A program made the position numbers and the translations under genes. The notes beneath the pieces were generated by a model. The model made no database searches and was not told the origin of the DNA. It was given only the letters and a program-made list of their open reading frames with translations. A stretch of 64,000 nucleotides of DNA from positions 947,713 through 1,011,712 of the forward strand of contig CP070761.1 in the NCBI GenBank assembly GCA_020348985.1. The letters are read 5' to 3'. This document shows, piece after piece, positions 47,703 to 56,701 of this stretch. The stretch comes from Candidatus Thorarchaeota archaeon (GTDB lineage: Archaea > Asgardarchaeota > Thorarchaeia > Thorarchaeales > Thorarchaeaceae). The first letter of the stretch is position 1. Every line of letters begins with the position of its first letter.

Positions 47703-48322
47703 TCGGTATCACCTGGCATTGGTTCTCTCTCGTCTTTAACCCCATCTGTATCCGTGTCAATGACAGACTCTTCATCAGGTACCTCTACAATCCTACGTGC
47801 GGCATCCGAGGCCGCAATTCTGGCTGGATGCGATTCATCGTTGAGAGGAGATTTCCCAGCATATGTCAAGCGGCCTTCCTCAGCAATTGTGATGATTCTG
47901 GCAGGTGTCGTCACTCTCGCACTATCAAGTGCTATGTGTCCGTGCGTGACTAGCTGCCTGGCATGGTACATAGAACATGCCAAACCCTTTCTGAATATGA
48001 GTGTCTGCAATCTTCTCTCAAGAAGATTCTCGAGCGTTAGGTCTAGTACATGATCGAGAGTGGGTTCAGTCGTTAATACTCCATTTCGAGTCAGTCTGTC
48101 TACAAGCTCTCGTTCAAGCTGGGCTCGTTCAGATACTGGCAGTGCAAGTAGATTCCTTGCTTGCCGTCGATATCCCGAGAGCTCCGTCCTGTGCCTCCAC
48201 AATTCCCTCTTGTTCCTGAGACCATAAGACCCCACGAGCTGCAATTCCTGCTCAAAGCGGTCACTGTCAAATGGCCGCTTCGGAGCCACGTACTTCTTTT
48301 TGGATCTTCTGGGGTCTCCCAT
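47699..48322 (-). CDS. rps4: 30S ribosomal protein uS4
   Basis: [32 protein letters not shown]. Confidence 0.97.
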   Translation of the reverse strand: MGDPRRSKKKYVAPKRPFDSDRFEQELQLVGSYGLRNKRELWRHRTELSGYRRQARNLLALPVSERAQLERELVDRLTRNGVLTTEPTLDHVLDLTLENLLERRLQTLIFRKGLACSMYHARQLVTHGHIALDSARVTTPARIITIAEEGRLTYAGKSPLNDESHPARIAASDAARRIVEVPDEESVIDTDTDGVKDEREPMPGDTE

Positions 48323-48338
48323 GCTAAGCGACCTCTGT

Positions 48339-48791
48339 CTATGTCTTCTTCCTCGAAACTCCTACGGCCATTCCGGCACGTCCGGTAGTTCTGGTGTGCT
48401 GACCTCTTGCCTTGAGACCTAATGAGTGTCTCACGCCACGCCATGATTTTATCCGTTTTAGTCGGTCAATGTCACTACGATGAGCAAATTGTAGATCCGA
48501 GCCTATGAGGTGCAACATCCTTCCTGATAGTCGATCTCGAGGCCGGTTGATATACCACTCTGGCATCTTGGCGGTCACCGGATCCTTTACGAACTCCTCT
48601 ATTCTCGCAATATTCTCATCAGTCATGAAACCGAGTCGGTCATATGGGTCAATCTCCAACCGATTCAGAATCGCCCTTGAAAGCCTAAGTCCAACTCCTC
48701 GGATTCGGGTTAGCCCTTGAAGGATATTCTCTTGGCCATCGATGTCGTGGCCTGCGAGTCTAACGATGTGTTTATACTCTTGCTCGGACAT
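48339..48791 (-). CDS. rps13: 30S ribosomal protein uS13
   Basis: IRGVG, RGVRHSLGLKARGQHT. Confidence 0.97.
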   Translation of the reverse strand: MSEQEYKHIVRLAGHDIDGQENILQGLTRIRGVGLRLSRAILNRLEIDPYDRLGFMTDENIARIEEFVKDPVTAKMPEWYINRPRDRLSGRMLHLIGSDLQFAHRSDIDRLKRIKSWRGVRHSLGLKARGQHTRTTGRAGMAVGVSRKKT

Positions 48792-48910
48792 GGTCTATAA
48801 CCTCATACGAACTGACATGAGGCTTGCTCGCCTCTTTCAGGGGCCTTATAACCATTACCATAAGGAAAGGCTATGAACTGCTCAAAATCGGCAAGATGAT
48901 GAGGGAATTG

Positions 48911-49822
48911 TCACGCGGCCTCTAACAGCTCGTCTCCTTCAAACTTTAGGAGTTCATCAACTGGAATATCAGGTATCTGGACATTCACATGCTTTGCCGC
49001 GGTATTGAGGAGAATCCGCATGAAGTCATCACGATAAGCAAGATCAATTGCCACCAAGGGATGTGTTTCGGCGCCGATTATCTTCTCAATTATGGACGGG
49101 TCAAGGGCATTGGGCAAATCCTGTTTGTTGGCTATGACAACGATTGGAATGTTGGCGGCATCCCGTCTTATCATTGTAAACATGTCCTTCGAGAGAATAA
49201 CATTTCGAAGAGTCGAGTCCGTAAGTAGGAATACAATGTCTGCCCCCTTGAAGTACAACTTCCAAAGCTTGCGGAATCGCTCTTGACCTGCAAAGTCCCA
49301 AATCACCAAGGAGTAATTCGCAAAATGGATGTTTTCGATGACTTGCATGTCTAGCGCGACAGTAGGGATGTACTGAGTTGGTGGCTGCTCGCCCATCAAG
49401 AGATGCAATGTGGTAGTCTTGCCAACACCGCCTTCTCCAACCAGTGCTATCTTCAGCTTTGAGCGCACAAACGGGGCCATGATGTTAGCGTACCTCTTTT
49501 TGATGTGCGTGACAGGGTGCCTCTCCAGCAACTCCGCAATGGCCTTCGCGGCACTATCGATTTTTTCGTTGACAACGCGGTCGTTTTCACCAATGTCGGC
49601 GATGAAGAGAAGGGCAATCTTCTCCGTACACATCCTGCAGAAGTACTTGTTACCGCCTATGTTTAGGGAAATGTCTTCTCTACCGCGCGAGACCTTTCTC
49701 AGTTCCTCTAGTGCCGCCAAGTACTCGTTGATTTCTTTTCTCGGCACTTGGACGGTCCAGTATTTAGTAGACGCAATTGTGCGTTTACTGCCGGGCCGAA
49801 TTAGCACCGTGCTGTGTATCAA
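48911..49822 (-). CDS. Ras-superfamily (Arf/Rab-like) small GTPase with N-terminal longin-like domain
   Basis: GEGGVGKTT, YIPT, WDFAGQERFRKLW, ANKQDL; ~120-aa N-terminal domain; TTG start inferred. Confidence 0.85.
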   Translation of the reverse strand: MIHSTVLIRPGSKRTIASTKYWTVQVPRKEINEYLAALEELRKVSRGREDISLNIGGNKYFCRMCTEKIALLFIADIGENDRVVNEKIDSAAKAIAELLERHPVTHIKKRYANIMAPFVRSKLKIALVGEGGVGKTTTLHLLMGEQPPTQYIPTVALDMQVIENIHFANYSLVIWDFAGQERFRKLWKLYFKGADIVFLLTDSTLRNVILSKDMFTMIRRDAANIPIVVIANKQDLPNALDPSIIEKIIGAETHPLVAIDLAYRDDFMRILLNTAAKHVNVQIPDIPVDELLKFEGDELLEAA

Positions 49823-50056
49823 TGATCGTCCGCCTTGCAATTCTGACAGAAAGATTGTCAGAGCTTTCTTGTAACCATTACAAGAATGGCCAATCTCGCA
49901 TAAATCTAGTGAGGGCACGACAATTTAAGCTGAATTCGGGCAAGGTCCTTCGCAAAATGGGTGCATATGTCCTGGAACCCAATCTCTTTGGAATACCGTC
50001 ACATGGTGGCCAAAGATTATAATCGACTGCATATGCACTTCGCTCGATGGTTTGCG

Positions 50057-50815
50057 ATGGTCCTGGATAATCCCCAGAAAGCAATTCTGACCAAACGTGT
50101 GAAAAGTAGAGCAATTGATGCGGGTTTCGTTTCTGTAGGTGTGGCAGAAGTAGACAGGCTGAGAGAACTCTATTACGGCTGGGCTGGTGAGGTCCGTGAG
50201 ATATTCAGGCCGGAGAAAGAACTCCCTTCCACGAGATCGGTTGTAGTGATGGCATACAGCATTCCGGATCATGGCTACTTCCTGAACATTCCCGCACCAA
50301 GATTGAGAAGCAGCGAAAAGCATCAAGAGAGTAAAGGACCAGGTCACAATAGCTATGTCTATGAAGTAATGAAGAACAAAGCTTGGAGAGTTGTAGAATA
50401 CCTTAGAGATGAGGGTTTCGAGACGAAATGGTCAGTAGGAATTCCTCTAAAGACAACTGGTGTTCTCTGCGGTATTGGTTATCAGGGAAAAAGCTCGCTT
50501 CTGGTGACTCCTAGTCACGGCCCTCGTGTAGACCTAATAGCTATCTTGACGTCGGCTGAGCTTAATCCAGATGTGCCGTTTGAGAGGGACCTGTGCGGTA
50601 CATGTGAAAAATGTATCATTGCATGTCCAACAAACGCAATAGAGCCCTATAGACTAAGAATCAATCATTGCATGGTATATCCATTGGAATGTCCTGACTC
50701 AACTGAAGTCCCTGATAGTGTGAGGGAGAAAGCAGACCAACTAATCACACGGCCCACAAGGAGCAGCTTCATCCAGTGCTCAAGATGCATGGATGTTTGT
50801 CCTATTGGACGATAA
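50057..50815 (+). CDS. QueG/reductive-dehalogenase-like 4Fe-4S protein
   Basis: GIGYQGKSSLLVTPSHGPRV, CGTCEKCIIACP, CSRCMDVCP. Confidence 0.8.
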   Translation: MVLDNPQKAILTKRVKSRAIDAGFVSVGVAEVDRLRELYYGWAGEVREIFRPEKELPSTRSVVVMAYSIPDHGYFLNIPAPRLRSSEKHQESKGPGHNSYVYEVMKNKAWRVVEYLRDEGFETKWSVGIPLKTTGVLCGIGYQGKSSLLVTPSHGPRVDLIAILTSAELNPDVPFERDLCGTCEKCIIACPTNAIEPYRLRINHCMVYPLECPDSTEVPDSVREKADQLITRPTRSSFIQCSRCMDVCPIGR

Positions 50816-50904
50816 GACATTCAAATGGCTACGCACAATGGGCGTATGAATCCACTCAGGATAGCGACAGTCTTAAAACAAATCAATCTCTGTCCGTGCC
50901 CGAT

Positions 50905-51022
50905 GCCTGGGTAGCCAAGCGGCGACGGCGGCAGCCTGGAGTTTCTCGTCTGTTCAGATGGGTCTAACAGGCAGCTGCTCTCCCTTTGGGAGGCATGAGT
51001 TCGAATCTCATCCCAGGCGCCA
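50905..51022 (+). tRNA. tRNA-Ser(GGA) with a 31-nt intron at 37/38 (50942-50972) and encoded CCA
   Basis: Acceptor GCCTGGG/CCCAGGC, G73, anticodon stem GCAGC/GCTGC, GGA at 50938-50940, long variable arm CTCCC-TTT-GGGAG, T arm ATGAG-TTCGAAT-CTCAT; TTAAAA about 30 nt upstream. Confidence 0.88.
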
Positions 51023-51114
51023 TTCTCTGCTGTTGATTTTTCATTACTGGGTTTGAAGCATTGATATCTTCTTGTGAGAACAATATCAGGAAACGCTCGA
51101 GAGGCTTGCATCTG

Positions 51115-51714
51115 ATGAAAGTTGTTGATGAGTTTCGTATGGCATGGAAAGTGATAGCCCACCCTGAATCGCTGTTCAATGAAGAGAGAAGCGTCCCAGG
51201 CTATTGGCCAGTCGTTCGCTTCTACCTCGTTGTCAATCTACCGTTGGCTCTTCTAACTCCATTCGTGAACTGGCTTCACATTCCAAGTGACATAGTGCAT
51301 GCTGGCACGAATGCGCAGATGATGGCCTATGTCCAGGCCCCGCTTCTAGAAGCGACAACAGGGATATGCCGCTATGTGTGGGTCGCTTTTTTGACATACT
51401 TCGGGAATGTTCTGAAGCTTCCTGTCTTGGTGACCATCTTCCATGCTTTCGCCATCGTCTTGAAAGGGTCAGGTACTTCCCTTCATTCGCTAAAGGTTGG
51501 AGTGTACGCTGCTTCCCCAGTGCTACTGTTTGGATGGATCCCCTTCTTTGGACTGATCTCAGGCCTTTGGGTTGGTTATCTATATGTTGTTGCTCTGAGA
51601 ATGCTTCATGAGTCACCAATGGGTCCCACTATAGCTCTCATCAATCTGCTAATCGGTATTCAGTTGGTGTGGGCATTCCTCTTTGGGTGGGTTGGAAGCT
51701 CGGTGCCGTGGTAG
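51115..51714 (+). CDS. Yip1-domain membrane protein
   Basis: KVIAHPESLF...IFHAFAIVLKGSG...YAASPVLLFGWIP...LRMLH. Confidence 0.8.
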   Translation: MKVVDEFRMAWKVIAHPESLFNEERSVPGYWPVVRFYLVVNLPLALLTPFVNWLHIPSDIVHAGTNAQMMAYVQAPLLEATTGICRYVWVAFLTYFGNVLKLPVLVTIFHAFAIVLKGSGTSLHSLKVGVYAASPVLLFGWIPFFGLISGLWVGYLYVVALRMLHESPMGPTIALINLLIGIQLVWAFLFGWVGSSVPW

Positions 51715-51731
51715 CTATGCAAGATGTTGAT

Positions 51732-51749
51732 TTGGAACACGTGTTCCAA
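51732..51749. repeat. Perfect 18-bp palindrome between convergent genes
   Basis: TTGGAACACGTGTTCCAA. Confidence 0.7.
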
Positions 51750-51753
51750 GTGC

Positions 51754-52818
51754 TCATGTTCCACGCATTCCTGCACCAGGAGACATCGTGATTTCGCCAA
51801 CGATGTTAGTATGAATTATCTCTGCAATCTCGGAAAGATCATCGGTCTGCCCTAAAGACCACATCAGTTTGACAAATGCGGCCTCGGAAGTCATGTCATA
51901 AGCACTCAGAGCGCCTACCTTCAGCGCCGCTTTGCCGACTTCATAGAGGGATAGGTCAGCCTGTCCGAATGGACACTGAGTACTCATCAGCACTGTACAG
52001 CCCCGCTCGAGTGCTTCCTTGATAACGCCGCCTAACGCATTCTCTCTTGTAGGTATGTTTCCAGACCCAAATCCTTCGATGACTATACCGTGATAACCGA
52101 GGTCTACTATCTTCGTGATCACACTCGGTTTCATTCCGGGAAACACCTTGAGCAGAAATACCTCTTCATCAAGATGCATCTTGAACTTGGGTTTGGGGCT
52201 AGTTCGTCTCATCCTATTCTCGTACAGGACTATGTCCCGACCTAGCAGCCCTAGTGGAGTTGGGTCGACCGAATCAAAAGCGTCATGTGCCCGCTCCCTG
52301 AGTTTTCGAGCCCGTGTTGCACGATGTATCTCACCATTGAATACAATGCAGGTCTCTCCCAAATCAGCCCATGCAGCAACTCTGATTGCATCGCGTAGGT
52401 TCCGTGGCCCGTCACTCCACGGAACAGATGCAGGTATCTGTGATCCTGTGAAGGCGACCGGCCTGCCAAGTCCTTGTGCCATGAAGCTCACTGCCGCCGC
52501 CGAATAGACCATTGTATCCGTCCCATGCAAGACGACAAAACCATGAATATCACTATCCTCTTTCGTGATTGTCTTGATGGCATCAGCAATCTCTATCCAA
52601 TGGTGTGGTTGAGCATTGGCGGAATCCAATTGGAAAAGATCTCTTGTTACAACTTCGATCTCGCCCATGTCCTTGGGAAGGCCTGAGAGAAGGCCTTCAA
52701 TCGACATTCCCGGACGATACGCACCAATCTCTGAATCATAAACACTGGAAATTGTTCCACCTGTGGTCATGATGCAGATTCTTCTAGAGCCCCCTTCAGC
52801 CAAGAGTGCTACACCCAC
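51754..52818 (-). CDS. ansA: L-asparaginase type I
   Basis: TTGGTIS, HGTDTM, FTGSQ, GFGSGN, DMTSEAAFVKLMW; no GatD N-terminal domain. Confidence 0.88.
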   Translation of the reverse strand: MGVALLAEGGSRRICIMTTGGTISSVYDSEIGAYRPGMSIEGLLSGLPKDMGEIEVVTRDLFQLDSANAQPHHWIEIADAIKTITKEDSDIHGFVVLHGTDTMVYSAAAVSFMAQGLGRPVAFTGSQIPASVPWSDGPRNLRDAIRVAAWADLGETCIVFNGEIHRATRARKLRERAHDAFDSVDPTPLGLLGRDIVLYENRMRRTSPKPKFKMHLDEEVFLLKVFPGMKPSVITKIVDLGYHGIVIEGFGSGNIPTRENALGGVIKEALERGCTVLMSTQCPFGQADLSLYEVGKAALKVGALSAYDMTSEAAFVKLMWSLGQTDDLSEIAEIIHTNIVGEITMSPGAGMRGT

Positions 52819-52847
52819 TTTGTAGGAATTCGGAGTCCATATTGGTG

Positions 52848-53804
52848 TTATGTTGTTTGAGCGTCGGGCATTTCGATTGAATGCGTTCCATCTGATGACA
52901 GAGTTATTCGCATTAAGTCTCTTGCCAGCATCACATCGGGGAAAACTTTGCGAGCTTCGTCAATGATTGCTGTACCATCCCCATAACGCGGACTGTAGTG
53001 TGTAAGTGCGAGGAGCTTGACTTTACAGTCTCGAGCGATTTCTGCGGCGGCTTTTGCTGTCATGTGACCCCTCTCTTCGGCGAGATCAGCGTTGTCAGAA
53101 GTATACATAGCTTCACAAATGAGAAGGTCAGCCTCCTTGGAGGCTTCCAAAAGTGCATCACATGGTCTCGTATCGCCAGAGTACACAACTGAGAGCGGCG
53201 GAGGCTGGGGCCCGGTTACATCTTCAGGATTTACTGCTCTTCCGTTGTCGAGCACAACGGATTCACCCGCGGCCAGTTTTCTCCATATGCTCCCTTTGGG
53301 TATGTCAAGTTCTATAGCTCGTTCAGGCAGGAACGGTCCAGTTGGTTTCTGATAGACTACTTTGTATCCAAGCGCATGTCCTCGATGGTCTACCTCAAAA
53401 GCTGTTACTCTGACGTTTTCAATCTCCGAAACTGTTCCTGGTTCAACTGCATATACAGTAGTATCGAAAGTTGTGCCCAAGTTGATTGAGTCCTGGGCCA
53501 TTCTCACATATTCAATGAGCTCTGAAGGTCCATAGACTGACAAAGGCTTCGTTCTTCCCAGAAGAGAGAACCTGAGAAGTAGGCCCCCTAGTCCCAAAAG
53601 ATGATCTGGATGACGGTGTGTGATATAAATCGCCATTCTCTTGTTTGTGCCAAGTTTTGCCCGCTCAAACTGTCTTTGGACATCCTCACCTGCATCAAAC
53701 ATCAGGTTCCATCCTTGATACTTGATGACTATCGAAGGGTGATTGCGTCCAGTTGTGGGCATGCTTCCACCTGTGCCTAGGAAGACGGCCTCCAATCGTG
53801 ACAT
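52848..53804 (-). CDS. rnz: Ribonuclease Z
   Basis: FLGTGG, DAGE, HRHPDH, YSGDT, LTHYSPRY. Confidence 0.94.
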   Translation of the reverse strand: MSRLEAVFLGTGGSMPTTGRNHPSIVIKYQGWNLMFDAGEDVQRQFERAKLGTNKRMAIYITHRHPDHLLGLGGLLLRFSLLGRTKPLSVYGPSELIEYVRMAQDSINLGTTFDTTVYAVEPGTVSEIENVRVTAFEVDHRGHALGYKVVYQKPTGPFLPERAIELDIPKGSIWRKLAAGESVVLDNGRAVNPEDVTGPQPPPLSVVYSGDTRPCDALLEASKEADLLICEAMYTSDNADLAEERGHMTAKAAAEIARDCKVKLLALTHYSPRYGDGTAIIDEARKVFPDVMLARDLMRITLSSDGTHSIEMPDAQTT

Positions 53805-53865
53805 ACTATGATACCAGAACCAGAAATCCCGGAAGAGTCAGATAATGATTTTGCTTCTTGTGTCA

Positions 53866-55254
53866 TTATGCAAGGTCTATTGGGATGCCACTACCACTCT
53901 CACATCCTTCACGAGCAGATTCGTACGAACACGTATCGTAGAGCGCTGGATTGTAATCCCAGGTTATTCTGTCTGCCTTAATCCTGCTCCTGCTTCCAGC
54001 AACGACTGGATACGCTGTTACATCATCGGCCAAGCTCTTCTCTTCATTCAGGACATTGATTAGCTGTATTGCCTGTCCTGCAGGTAGTGCTGATAGTAAT
54101 AGGATCTTTTTCTCCCTTCGATTCTCTAGATTCTCGATAAGTGAGACATAAGTCAGTGGCAAGGCACCCCAAGCGGGCATGAAGTCACCTGCAGCTGTCT
54201 CGTCCAAGACAGCAAGAAGTCGATCCCGTAGTACTGGGATATTTACTTGTGCCCTTGGCTGGATGACTTCCTGTATTAGCTTGGATTTCTTTCTAAATGC
54301 AGTGCTCTCCGAAAGCCCTGTTTCTTTGACAATCTCTTGAGCAGTAGCGTCATAGTTGCACAGCAATTCGTCTAGAACCTCCAGTTCTGCTATGGTGAAT
54401 CTCCTCTGTCCTAAACTCGATTGACTTGGGTTGCTTCCAATAATCAGTCCCGAACCACCGGCGCGAAGAAGAAGCCGCCAATGGAACAAATCAACATGCC
54501 ATCTTCCACTTCTTTCATTGTAGTATAGATCATTGAAGCGAGGACGGCCTTTGGACAGCCGCCACGCGGTAACGCTCCTGGCCTCTCCACGAAGTCCTCT
54601 TATGGTGTTCAGAAGCTCCTTCAGGTGATCCCGGGGTACGGTGAGAGTAAGGAATACTATAGCGTGCTTGCCATCCACAAAGAGAACGTTCTCAACATAT
54701 GGACCATAGAGAACTGATCCGGGTGATTCGAAACGGACAAGAATCCTTTCTAGTCCGAGACGTTCAACATCAAGTAGACCAATGGTCCTAAGGACATCCG
54801 CGCTTCGAAGCCTATGAAGAGCCCGCCTTGTCTGAGAATAAGTCAGGCCGACATGCGTGGCCAGCTCACCAAGTCCCGCGCCGGGATTTCCGATTGCTCC
54901 ACTCAGTACTGCATTCTCCTTCTTTGATAGCCGAGAGACGTTAGTTGCCCAGACAGAGTGGACGACACTCATCAAGTCGCGCTGGGTAATGACACTAACC
55001 CCTCCCATCTTGATGACGCCATCCAAGCGCCTTTCTAGGGCCCGATACAGACTCCCCTTGTAAGAAGACGTGATTCTTCGAAGCCTGTCAAAGTCGGGAT
55101 CCCTTTGGAAGAGATCAATGGATTCACCATCCTCCAGAACTCGAATTGCACGTAGGACCGCGTGAGCTGATGAACTGAGCCGCTCGTGGAATCTTTGTCC
55201 GAGATGCAATTCAGCGGGTTCGTCTGCTGACTGCTCGTTGTCATCCGTAACCAT
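53866..55254 (-). CDS. Hypothetical protein with two HTH (Lrp/AsnC-like) modules
   Basis: LGELATHVGLTYSQTRRALHRL and TAQEIVKETGLSESTAFRK. Confidence 0.65.
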   Translation of the reverse strand: MVTDDNEQSADEPAELHLGQRFHERLSSSAHAVLRAIRVLEDGESIDLFQRDPDFDRLRRITSSYKGSLYRALERRLDGVIKMGGVSVITQRDLMSVVHSVWATNVSRLSKKENAVLSGAIGNPGAGLGELATHVGLTYSQTRRALHRLRSADVLRTIGLLDVERLGLERILVRFESPGSVLYGPYVENVLFVDGKHAIVFLTLTVPRDHLKELLNTIRGLRGEARSVTAWRLSKGRPRFNDLYYNERSGRWHVDLFHWRLLLRAGGSGLIIGSNPSQSSLGQRRFTIAELEVLDELLCNYDATAQEIVKETGLSESTAFRKKSKLIQEVIQPRAQVNIPVLRDRLLAVLDETAAGDFMPAWGALPLTYVSLIENLENRREKKILLLSALPAGQAIQLINVLNEEKSLADDVTAYPVVAGSRSRIKADRITWDYNPALYDTCSYESAREGCESGSGIPIDLA

Positions 55255-55317
55255 GCGGCGAACCTCTCAGAGAGTTGCGTACACACATGGAGAGGTTACT
55301 TCGATCTCAATAAAAGG

Positions 55318-56100
55318 TCAGAGAGGTTTGGACTCGGTCCAAAGCGACTCAAAATAGCTTGAGCTCATTTCTGCAAATACGGCGTGTGAAGAATACACTC
55401 CAAGAAATGTGGAGTCTTCATCACCGCCAGCTATCATTATCAGTGTTTCACGTCGGTCGATCACTAGCCCGGCTCCAAAGACCCTCTCACGAACTCTAAC
55501 TTCTGTATTCTCTGGAACAAGAGCCTTGACCGTCTTTGGGACGTCCGATGTAAGAATTCTAATCTTGGGGTTCCTCAGATTCAAAAGTCGGTCGATGAGT
55601 CCAGATAAGTCCTCAACATATCCGGTGCCTTCTTCGCTAGTTATATCCAGACTTGGAATAGAGAGCAGAACCTCTTCTCTTGCGTTGTCAAGCATTCCTA
55701 TGGCCTTGGCGACAATGGCAGCTCTTCCATGCAAGAGCCAAACATCACGTGGTTGTTCGTGAAGCTCCTGTTCGAACCTCGGTTGGAGTTCGTCGATAAC
55801 TACCTTGCCTGATTTCTCGATTCTCTCCTCAACATCCAAGCGGACAAGTCTGACTACTTCCGTTGGGGCTTTTGCTACATATCGGGTTGGGCGTCCACGC
55901 TGAATCTGAACAAACCCCTTCTCTTCGAGTCGACCCAGAACATCATAGATACGACTGTAGGGCACCTTGGACATCGCACTGATTTCAGAAGCAGGCAATT
56001 GGCCACCGTCGACGAGAGCAACATAGGCCTGTACTTCATACTCGGTCAGCCCCAGATCCTTCATTGCTTTAAGTGTGGCCTCGCTAATCTTCAAGTCCAT
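55318..56100 (-). CDS. TrmB family transcriptional regulator
   Basis: LGLTEYEVQAY...VPYSRIYDVLGRLEEKG...GRPTRY; C-terminal FESLW. Confidence 0.92.
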   Translation of the reverse strand: MDLKISEATLKAMKDLGLTEYEVQAYVALVDGGQLPASEISAMSKVPYSRIYDVLGRLEEKGFVQIQRGRPTRYVAKAPTEVVRLVRLDVEERIEKSGKVVIDELQPRFEQELHEQPRDVWLLHGRAAIVAKAIGMLDNAREEVLLSIPSLDITSEEGTGYVEDLSGLIDRLLNLRNPKIRILTSDVPKTVKALVPENTEVRVRERVFGAGLVIDRRETLIMIAGGDEDSTFLGVYSSHAVFAEMSSSYFESLWTESKPL

Positions 56101-56128
56101 ACCCGCCTGCTCTTTCCATTGCTGGGAC

Positions 56129-56701
56129 TTAAGCATTGTCAGACGACTCTTTGAACCACTCTATGAAAGAACGAAAAGCCCTTGATCTATGGGAGATAGA
56201 GACTTTCTGTTCCGTTGACAGCTGTGCATATGTTCTGGAGTGACCTTCAGGGACGAAGATGGGATCATAGCCGAAGCCTCCAGCTCCAACTATGGTCTTA
56301 GCTATGGTTCCTTTCATTTCGCCTGTGAATGTCTTTGAAACACTTCCATCACAAAACGCCACTGCAGTAACGAACCTAGCCCCTCGGTCTTCAGCCCCTT
56401 CTAGTAGCTTCAAGACCCCCTCCAAACCTATGGTTTCAAGGATGAACGCAGGATATGCACGCGGGAATCCATTTAGCGCGTCAATATAGAGGCCAGTGTC
56501 ATCGACGATAACCGGTTTCTGCAACTTCTCGAATGCGTCACGTGAGGCTTCTTCAGCAACAACATTCACCGAATCAGAGCGGATTTCCAGCTTTTCCAGT
56601 GCTGAACTCTCGAATTCTATGTTCGCTTCTCGGAAAAGAGGAGTAATCTCATCTAGCTTGTGTTTGTTTTGTGTAACTAGGACCAGCCTATCCCTTGACA
56701 T
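56129..56701 (-). CDS. dITP/XTP pyrophosphatase (Ham1/RdgB)
   Basis: TQNKHK, DDTGL, GFGYDPIF, SHRSRA. Confidence 0.94.
   Translation of the reverse strand: MSRDRLVLVTQNKHKLDEITPLFREANIEFESSALEKLEIRSDSVNVVAEEASRDAFEKLQKPVIVDDTGLYIDALNGFPRAYPAFILETIGLEGVLKLLEGAEDRGARFVTAVAFCDGSVSKTFTGEMKGTIAKTIVGAGGFGYDPIFVPEGHSRTYAQLSTEQKVSISHRSRAFRSFIEWFKESSDNA

Noticed and set aside
48911-49822. Prenylated GTPase as substrate for the ICMT-like enzyme
   Set aside because: The GTPase ends ELLEAA with no C-terminal Cys motif, and no prenyltransferase is in the window.
50905-51022. tRNA-Sec, suggested by TTCA inside the tRNA and by selB/SepSecS in the window
   Set aside because: It has a canonical 7-bp acceptor, 5-bp T stem and short D stem. 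TTCA lies in the intron and not in a 7-nt anticodon loop, and splicing gives a GGA (Ser) anticodon.
51754-52818. gatD
   Set aside because: Lacks the GatD N-terminal domain and has no adjacent gatE; the length fits a type I asparaginase.
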